IMG/VR virus record: IMGVR_UViG_3300021138_000015
DNA from: an uncultured virus (IMG/VR IMGVR_UViG_3300021138_000015)
Taxonomy: Duplodnaviria > Heunggongvirae > Uroviricota > Caudoviricetes
Strand: one strand, 5' to 3'
DNA length: 20,000 nt
In this document: in pieces, positions 13,649 through 20,000 of the stretch
How positions within the stretch are numbered: the stretch's first letter is position 1
Layout: the number at the start of each line of letters is the position of its first letter
Notes under the pieces: generated by a model
Database searches by the model: none
What the model was told of the DNA's origin: nothing
The model's input: the letters and a program-made list of their open reading frames with translations, nothing else
Position numbers and translations under genes: made by a program

Positions 13649-16480
13649 ATGGCAGATGTAAAAGTTAACATACCCGGGATTGGCGAAGTAGTAGCTACTA
13701 ATGCTGCTTCAGAGGAAACGCTGAATAAACTCCTTGCAGTAATGAGCAAGACCGCTAAGGCTCAAGACCCTACACAGGGCATCTTTAAAAAGATGAACAA
13801 AGAGTTTGAGGATCAAAAGAAAGCTGCCGAAGAATTTGAAAAATCCCTAGAAGGTCTTACCAAAGAACAGAAAAAAGCCCTAGAAGCCGAACGAGCCAGC
13901 ACAATAGCAGCAGCAAGATGGGCAACAGCCTTAAACGGTGGCACACAGGCAGTTAGTGCCATTGGCATTACCTTAGGCAGTCTAGGCAAGAGTGTGCTTA
14001 GTCTTGGCGCACAAATGGCCACGTCTTATGATGACATGGCCAAAAACCCAATTGGAGCTGCTGCTGGACAAGTTAATACAGCCATTGACATGGCCAACAC
14101 GGCCATACACGGTGTTGCCGATGCAAGCGCAGGTGTAGCACACGCATTTGGCGGTATTCCAGTTATTGGTCCTGTTGTTTCGGGGCTTGGTGATGCGGCT
14201 TCTGCAGCAGCCAAAGGTCTAGCAGATCTTGCAGCAGCAGTATTACACGTAGCCAACGATGTAATGGCCAAAGAGTTTCAAAAGTCTGCAGATGCCTTAG
14301 ACAGCTATACTAAACAAGGTGCTAGTTTTGCTGGTGGTATGATGGAAATGCGTACACTAGCCAACGATGCTGGTATAAGTTTAGCTGTTCTTAAAGATGC
14401 CGCAAAATCTAGCAGTGAATCTATTAGAGCAGCCGGACTATCACAAGGCGAAGGAACAGCGGCCTTGGCCAATGGATTCCTTGCATCAACAAAAACAATT
14501 GGTAAAAGCGGAGCAAGTTTAAGCAACGAACTGATAGCACTGGGCTACAATTACCAGGAACAAATAGAAGTACAGGCTTCGTACATGTCTCAGCTGAAGA
14601 AGACCGGAGTTGATTTAAAAAATCTTACACCCGAAGACCTAGCTCGTGGCACAAGAGAATATGCACAGAATTTAAAAGTAATTAGTGACATTACCGGTCA
14701 AGATGCTAAAAAGCTCATGGATAAAGCGGCAACAGAAACACAGCGTGCCAGCATAATGAACGAGCTTGACACAAAACAAAAAACTGCTTATCAAAATGCC
14801 TTTGCGGCACTGGAAAAAATGGGCCCAGATGCTGACAAAGCACGGCAGGCTCTGTTCCAGATTATGAAAACTGGAACAACAAATGTAATAGGATATACTC
14901 AAGGTCCGGCATTGGAAATGATTAAAAACTTGGCCAATGGGGTTAAGTCTGGTAACATGGAATTTAAAGATGCCATTGGTGTAATGTCCGATTCAGCCAA
15001 AGAGGCAGCAGAAGCCAATAAAGGATCAGTGGGTGCAACCACAGACATGGTCAAAGGTTTTGGAATAAGTAGCGAAGCAGTTGATGGCTTTACACAAACT
15101 CAAAATTCATTATTAACTTTAAATTCTCAAAGTCTTAAAGAAATGGTCAACAGCAGTGACAAAAATGCCACTGCGCAGGCTGACCTGGCTGGGAAAGCTG
15201 GTAGTGTAGAACAAAGTTTTGCTGGAGTAACACGATCTGCACAGAATGCCGCGGTTGCAATGGAAGGACTAGCCAGTTCGCATCTAGGCGAATATGCCAA
15301 GTTGCTAGATGATACATTGTCAAAAACAACCGCGGCATTCCAAAAAGCCATTGATTTTATCAACAGCGGATTTGACCTAGAAACACTTAAACCAAAAGAA
15401 GATTTAGAAAAACAAAAAAAACTTGATGCACAAGATGAAGCAAATGCAAAAGCCGCTTCGTTTGCTGAAAAATTATTCAGTAGCCACTATATTGCTGTTG
15501 GGCTAGAAGAATTAGCCAAAGGTGCAGGAAAAGGTCTTGAAGCAGTAGGTGCAACAACTGTGGGCAGTTGGACAAAAGAACTTGGACAAAAGGCCCAAGA
15601 GGAACGTGTTAAGTCTGAAACCGAATACATAAAAAATAAAGACATACCTAAGTATGCCAATGGTGGTATAGCATCGGGCCCAACCACTGGATTTTTATCT
15701 ATGTTACACGGCAACGAATTAGTATTGCCATTGCAGGCAGACGGAACAATAAAACCTGGCACCGACGGATACAAAGCAATAATGGACATGCTGAGTGGTC
15801 CTAATGCTATGCCCAATATGACACCAAGCACCGGTGATTCAGCATCAAGGTCAATGCTGGAAGGATTTACCGGTTCGGTCGACAATGTTGCTAAAAGTGT
15901 AACTGGGTTAGTATCTGCACAAGAAGCAAGATTGGGTCAAACATCAGCTGATATTTCAAAATTATTAAGTAATCAAGACGCACAATTAAAACAATCAACA
16001 TCAATTACTGCTGATTTACTATCCCAAACCAGTGGTATTTTAGCAGATCAAACAGCAAAATTAAGTCAGCTAGTGTCTACAATGCCCGAGGATATTAAAA
16101 AGTCTTTCTTAGAAAGTCAGGCAACGCAAGGCACTAACTCGGTGCAGTTCAAAGATTTGTCTGACGCTATAGCCAATTCTAATAAAAATTTAACAGCACA
16201 AATGGCTGACGTAGGAACAAAATTTACTCCAACGGACTTTTCCAGTGCATTCTCTGATTTTTTAAATCCAATTGACAGTCTAACTGAATTAGTAAAAAAA
16301 TTAACAGATTCGGTGTCAAAAAACAGTTCAGACTCAGTAACCACTACAGCCTCTACACAGGATACGCAGACACAATCCAACGATATGGCCAGCCGTCAAC
16401 TAGAAACCATGCAGGAAATGGTAGCACACCTGCGTGAGCACAAAGACATCACACAAAAACTTCTTCATGCGAGTCTATAA
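13649..16480 (+). CDS. Tape-measure-like tail protein (gp29-like role inferred)
   Basis: 943 aa, Ala/Gly/Lys/Ser-rich and apparently helical. Contains the YANGGIASGP..G....LHG.E.V.PL motif common near tape-measure C-termini and lies next to the assembly chaperone pair. Confidence 0.7.
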   Translation: MADVKVNIPGIGEVVATNAASEETLNKLLAVMSKTAKAQDPTQGIFKKMNKEFEDQKKAAEEFEKSLEGLTKEQKKALEAERASTIAAARWATALNGGTQAVSAIGITLGSLGKSVLSLGAQMATSYDDMAKNPIGAAAGQVNTAIDMANTAIHGVADASAGVAHAFGGIPVIGPVVSGLGDAASAAAKGLADLAAAVLHVANDVMAKEFQKSADALDSYTKQGASFAGGMMEMRTLANDAGISLAVLKDAAKSSSESIRAAGLSQGEGTAALANGFLASTKTIGKSGASLSNELIALGYNYQEQIEVQASYMSQLKKTGVDLKNLTPEDLARGTREYAQNLKVISDITGQDAKKLMDKAATETQRASIMNELDTKQKTAYQNAFAALEKMGPDADKARQALFQIMKTGTTNVIGYTQGPALEMIKNLANGVKSGNMEFKDAIGVMSDSAKEAAEANKGSVGATTDMVKGFGISSEAVDGFTQTQNSLLTLNSQSLKEMVNSSDKNATAQADLAGKAGSVEQSFAGVTRSAQNAAVAMEGLASSHLGEYAKLLDDTLSKTTAAFQKAIDFINSGFDLETLKPKEDLEKQKKLDAQDEANAKAASFAEKLFSSHYIAVGLEELAKGAGKGLEAVGATTVGSWTKELGQKAQEERVKSETEYIKNKDIPKYANGGIASGPTTGFLSMLHGNELVLPLQADGTIKPGTDGYKAIMDMLSGPNAMPNMTPSTGDSASRSMLEGFTGSVDNVAKSVTGLVSAQEARLGQTSADISKLLSNQDAQLKQSTSITADLLSQTSGILADQTAKLSQLVSTMPEDIKKSFLESQATQGTNSVQFKDLSDAIANSNKNLTAQMADVGTKFTPTDFSSAFSDFLNPIDSLTELVKKLTDSVSKNSSDSVTTTASTQDTQTQSNDMASRQLETMQEMVAHLREHKDITQKLLHASL

Positions 16481-16483
16481 CAC

Positions 16484-16491
16484 GCTAAATA
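16484..16491 (+). promoter_or_regulatory. Putative late promoter GCTAAATA upstream of portal
   Basis: TAAATA box 18 nt before ATG 16510, with a GAGGA Shine-Dalgarno in between. Confidence 0.6.
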
Positions 16492-16509
16492 TAGCATAGA
16501 GGACAAGTT

Positions 16510-18228
16510 ATGGCAGGATGGAAAAAATACTTTAAAACCAGTAATATACCTGGTGCTGTTAGCCCGATCAGCGGCAGTAGCAATCAAGCTACTCCAGCAT
16601 TTACCAAATTTGGTAGTAATTTACCCGAAGTTTATATTGGGCATCCAAACCGTATTGAGCGTTATAATCAGTACGAGCAAATGGACATGGACTCAGAAGT
16701 CAATGCTGCATTAGATATCCTAGCCGAATTCTGTAGTCAAAAGAACGAAGAAAACCTAACAGCATTTGACATACACTTTCACGAAAAGCCCACAGACAAC
16801 GAAGTTAAGATTATCAAAGAACAACTACAGCAGTGGGTTAATCTGAACGAATTAAACAAGCGTATCTTTAAAATTGTTCGCAATACCATTAAGTACGGTG
16901 ATCAGGTGTTTATACGTGATCCAGAAACATTTAAACTGTTTTGGACCGAAATGTCTAAAGTAACTAAAGTTATTGTTAACGAAAGCGAAGGTAAAAAACC
17001 CGAGCAGTATGTGATCAAAGAGATACAGCCTAACTTCCAAAATCTAACAACCACAGCAGTAAGTACTAGTGATACATTTACCAATCACCCGCAGGTGGGT
17101 GGTCCCAGTGGTGCTTATGTACAGCCCAGAACACCGTATTCAGGTGGATCACGGTTTAGTCACGCACAAAATGAGTCAGTAGTCAATGCAGAACACATTG
17201 TTCATTTAAGTTTAACCGAAGGACTGGATATATTTTGGCCTTTTGGAAACTCAGTATTAGAAAATGTTTTTAAAGTATTCAAACAAAAAGAACTGTTAGA
17301 AGACTCAATTATTATCTACCGTGTGCAACGTGCTCCAGAACGTCGTATGTTTAAAATTGACGTAGGTAACATGCCAACCCACATGGCCATGGCCTTTATT
17401 GAGCGTATTAAAAACGAAATAAGTCAGCGTCGTATTCCTACTCAAACTGCTGGCGGACAAAACATGATGGATGCCACATACAATCCATTATCAACTAACG
17501 AAGACTTTTTCTTTCCGCAGACAGCAGATGGCCGCGGAAGCAGCGTAGAAATCTTACCCGGCGGACAAAACCTGGGTGAAATTACAGACCTAAAGTTTTT
17601 TACTAATAAACTATTCCGAGGCTTGCGTATTCCAGCTAGCTATTTGCCCACTGGTGTAGATGATGGTACACAAAGCATCAGCGACGGTCGTGTTGGCACA
17701 GCCTTGATACAAGAATGGCGCTTTAACCAGTACTGTATGCGTTTACAGTCGATGATTGTAGATCGACTAGATAAAGAATTTAAAATGTTTATGCGCTGGC
17801 GTGGTATAAACATCGACGGACAGTTATTTGATCTATGTTTTAATCCACCACAGAATTTTGCACAGTATCGTCAAGCTGACATTGACTCAGCTAAGATTGC
17901 TACATTTACACAGTTGGAAGCATATCCATATATGAGTAAGCGTTTCTTAATGAAACGTTATCTAGGCTTAACTGAAATGGAAATGAGCGAAAACGAAATG
18001 ATGTGGGCCGAAGAACGCGGTACAGCCGAAGTACCAGCCCCGGGACAAAGCCAGATGCGAGCAGCAGGTATTAGTGCTGGCGGTATAGCATCAGATTTAG
18101 AAGCAGTAACACCTGAAGCAGGAGCCGAAGGAGCACCAGGAGAAGCAGGAGCTGCAGGTCTAGGCGGAGCACCAGCACCAGCCGCAGGCGGTACACCAGC
18201 ACCAGCCGCAGGCGGTACACCAGCTTAA
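16510..18228 (+). CDS. gp20: Portal vertex protein, T4 gp20-like
   Basis: Y..M..DSEVNAALDI, LLEDSIIIYRVQRAPERRMFKIDVGNMP, EDFFFPQ..DGRGS.VE.LPGGQNLGEI.DL.FF..KL.RGL.IP.S are hallmark gp20 motifs. Confidence 0.95.
   Translation: MAGWKKYFKTSNIPGAVSPISGSSNQATPAFTKFGSNLPEVYIGHPNRIERYNQYEQMDMDSEVNAALDILAEFCSQKNEENLTAFDIHFHEKPTDNEVKIIKEQLQQWVNLNELNKRIFKIVRNTIKYGDQVFIRDPETFKLFWTEMSKVTKVIVNESEGKKPEQYVIKEIQPNFQNLTTTAVSTSDTFTNHPQVGGPSGAYVQPRTPYSGGSRFSHAQNESVVNAEHIVHLSLTEGLDIFWPFGNSVLENVFKVFKQKELLEDSIIIYRVQRAPERRMFKIDVGNMPTHMAMAFIERIKNEISQRRIPTQTAGGQNMMDATYNPLSTNEDFFFPQTADGRGSSVEILPGGQNLGEITDLKFFTNKLFRGLRIPASYLPTGVDDGTQSISDGRVGTALIQEWRFNQYCMRLQSMIVDRLDKEFKMFMRWRGINIDGQLFDLCFNPPQNFAQYRQADIDSAKIATFTQLEAYPYMSKRFLMKRYLGLTEMEMSENEMMWAEERGTAEVPAPGQSQMRAAGISAGGIASDLEAVTPEAGAEGAPGEAGAAGLGGAPAPAAGGTPAPAAGGTPA
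18170..18224 (+). repeat. 24-bp perfect tandem repeat (about 2.3 copies) encoding PAPAAGGT in the portal C-terminal tail
   Basis: CACCAGCACCAGCCGCAGGCGGTA at 18170 and 18194, with a partial copy at 18218. Confidence 0.9.
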
Positions 18229-18256
18229 CTTAACCCAATTTGGTAAATACTTAACT

Positions 18257-18490
18257 ATGTTCCTAAACGAAATGTACGACGAAGCTAAACCCGGTTATGA
18301 ATCTGAAAAAGATGATAACAGCGTTATGCATCTCAAAGATTTACGCAAAACACGACTAACGCTCGGACATCTAAATCGTCTGAGAATGGCCAACGATGTG
18401 CGTAAATTTGAGTTTGAACAAAAAATGGAACAGACCAAGGAACAGTATGCCGCACCGGCAGCAGAAGGTGGCGCAATCCCTGGATTGTAG
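18257..18490 (+). CDS. Small head-module protein (prohead core position)
   Basis: 77 aa with RKTRLTL..LNRLR. Lies between portal and scaffold-like gene, with a GGTAAATA box (18242-18249) 7 nt before the ATG. Confidence 0.7.
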   Translation: MFLNEMYDEAKPGYESEKDDNSVMHLKDLRKTRLTLGHLNRLRMANDVRKFEFEQKMEQTKEQYAAPAAEGGAIPGL

Positions 18491-18609
18491 TTGTATTACA
18501 AGATTATTACAAAAATTTCTCAAAAACCTTCAAAAAACACCGTTATTACACGGTAATCTACGCATATTAGTAAATACTTTACAGAGCTAATTTAACGAGG
18601 AGCCTCTAT

Positions 18610-19662
18610 ATGAACAAATATGAACAGTTGATTGAACACATCATCAACGATAACGAGCAAGCAGCAAAAGAATTATTTCATCAGATTGTGGTTGAGAAAT
18701 CACGTGACATCTATGAAAGTTTAATGGATGAAGAAATGGGCGGTAATCAAGCTCAGAGCTTTGTGCAAGATATTACTCAACAAGATGACGCAGCTCAAGA
18801 GCACGGTCTAGGTGAAGACGACGAAGAAGCCGGCGAAATTGAATTAGACGGCGGTGACGACGATTTTGGCGACGAAGAAACATTTGGCGGTGACGACACG
18901 GACAATGAACATGGCGAACACAGCGAAATTGAATCTAAGATTGACGAATTGTCTGCACAGTTAGAAGAATTAAAAGCCATGCTAGGCGGTGAAGAAGAGC
19001 ACGGTATGGGCAACATGGACAGCGACGAGCCATCCATGGACAGCGACTTTGACAGCGAAGAGCCAGAAATGGACAGCGACGAGCACGGGTTCGGCGAAAG
19101 CGAAGAAATTGCAGTCGAAGGCAAAAACCCATTTGCTAAAAGCGGTTCTGGCAAGTCTGGATCTGGTAAATCAGGTTCTGGCATGAGCGGTTCTGGCAAG
19201 TCTGGATCTGGTAAATCAGGTTCTGGCATGAAAGAAAGCTACAGAAAGACTGATGTAGAAATCATGAAAGAATACGTTGACAAGATCGGTGAAATATACA
19301 AGCAAGAGCCAGCAACAGGCGAAGGCAAAACTGTAGGCACAGGCGGCGACGCTCCAACAGTAAACACTAAAGGTGTTGTACGTGGACAAGGTCCTAAGTT
19401 TGACGGCGAAACAGCTGGTAACATCGTAAACGGTGGCAGCGAACAAGCTCCTGACAACAAAGCAATTCCAGAACCAAAAAATGAATATGCTAAAAAGCGT
19501 GGCGATTTGCCAGGCGCAGGTTCATTTAAGAACGTTCCAGGTGGCGACGCTGGTAAAACAAGTTTCAAAACAAAAGAATCTGCTAAAACAGCAGAAGGTA
19601 GTACAACAGACGGTTCCGTTCCTGTAAACAAGAAGAGCGAAATCGGCGGTAAAGTACGCTAA
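18610..19662 (+). CDS. Acidic prohead core/scaffold-like protein
   Basis: 350 aa, very Asp/Glu-rich N-terminal half with a short coiled coil (IESKIDELSAQLEELKAML). Lies directly before the prohead protease; AGTAAATA box (18569-18576) and GAGGAG Shine-Dalgarno. Confidence 0.7.
   Translation: MNKYEQLIEHIINDNEQAAKELFHQIVVEKSRDIYESLMDEEMGGNQAQSFVQDITQQDDAAQEHGLGEDDEEAGEIELDGGDDDFGDEETFGGDDTDNEHGEHSEIESKIDELSAQLEELKAMLGGEEEHGMGNMDSDEPSMDSDFDSEEPEMDSDEHGFGESEEIAVEGKNPFAKSGSGKSGSGKSGSGMSGSGKSGSGKSGSGMKESYRKTDVEIMKEYVDKIGEIYKQEPATGEGKTVGTGGDAPTVNTKGVVRGQGPKFDGETAGNIVNGGSEQAPDNKAIPEPKNEYAKKRGDLPGAGSFKNVPGGDAGKTSFKTKESAKTAEGSTTDGSVPVNKKSEIGGKVR
19141..19230 (+). repeat. 45-bp perfect tandem duplication encoding (SGSGKSGSGKSGSGM)x2
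   Basis: AGCGGTTCTGGCAAGTCTGGATCTGGTAAATCAGGTTCTGGCATG at 19141 and 19186. Confidence 0.92.
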
Positions 19663-19673
19663 TAGGAAACTAG

Positions 19674-20000
19674 ATGGCTTTATTACTTAAAGAGCATTTA
19701 ACTTTTGACAACGCACAAATGAAGGTGTTGTCGGAAGATTCTGCTGACGGTAAAGGTAAAGACCTTTACATGGAAGGGATATTCATCCAGGGTGGTGTTA
19801 AAAATGCCAACCAACGTGTTTATCCTGTGCAAGAAATTTCTAAAGCTGTTGAAACTATCAATGAACAATTAAAATCCGGTTACAGTGTATTAGGTGAAGT
19901 AGATCATCCAGACGACCTAAAGATAAACCTGGACCGTGTAAGCCACATGATCAACAAGATGTGGATGGACGGTCCCACTGGATTTGGCAAGTTAAAAATA
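19674..20000 (+). CDS. gp21: Prohead core protease, T4 gp21-like (3' end runs off the window)
   Basis: Manual translation: MALLLKEHLTFD...LYMEGIFIQGGVKNANQRVYP...LGEVDHPDDLKINLDRVSHMI...GFGKLKI, the gp21 signature (N.N.R.YP, GE.DHP, VSH). AGGA Shine-Dalgarno. Confidence 0.93.
   Translation, partial: MALLLKEHLTFDNAQMKVLSEDSADGKGKDLYMEGIFIQGGVKNANQRVYPVQEISKAVETINEQLKSGYSVLGEVDHPDDLKINLDRVSHMINKMWMDGPTGFGKLKI

Noticed and set aside
19141..19230. Walker A motifs (GSGKS) in the scaffold-like protein
   Set aside because: They are part of a low-complexity SGSGK repeat with no preceding beta-strand or Walker B, so this is not an NTPase.
13813..19631. Short - strand ORFs such as 15487..15885, 18795..19229 and 19239..19631
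   Set aside because: They are antisense shadows of the tape-measure, portal and scaffold genes. The PEPDL repeats are just the reverse complement of the SGSGK repeat.
1..20000. Stop-codon reassignment as seen in some large phages
   Set aside because: Core genes are full length in the standard code, and TAA, TAG (gp46) and TGA (gp26-like) all occur at expected gene ends.

Overview
Fragment of a large T4-like (myovirus) phage genome in the standard genetic code. From left to right it holds: (1) a minus-strand baseplate block (gp5/VgrG-like spike, hub protein, gp53-like wedge, gp48/54-like protein); (2) a plus-strand block with a gp55-like late sigma factor, gp47, an SGNH-hydrolase-like gene, gp46, a small GIY-YIG nuclease and a Seg-like GIY-YIG homing endonuclease; (3) about 480 nt without a long ORF that folds into a dense multi-stem RNA with a pseudoknot, followed by two C(GAA)G mini-hairpins; (4) a minus-strand membrane protein and a gp26/gp51-like pair; (5) a plus-strand tape-measure-like gene and head module (portal, core/scaffold proteins, gp21 protease). 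The most interesting signals are the unassigned structured RNA downstream of the GIY-YIG nucleases, a homing endonuclease that appears to carry the old C-terminus of the gene it invaded, probable AUU initiation of the late sigma factor, and a probable -1 frameshift joining the gp26-like and gp51-like ORFs. All family assignments come from recognising motifs by eye and all base pairing was worked out by hand; no searches or folding programs were run.
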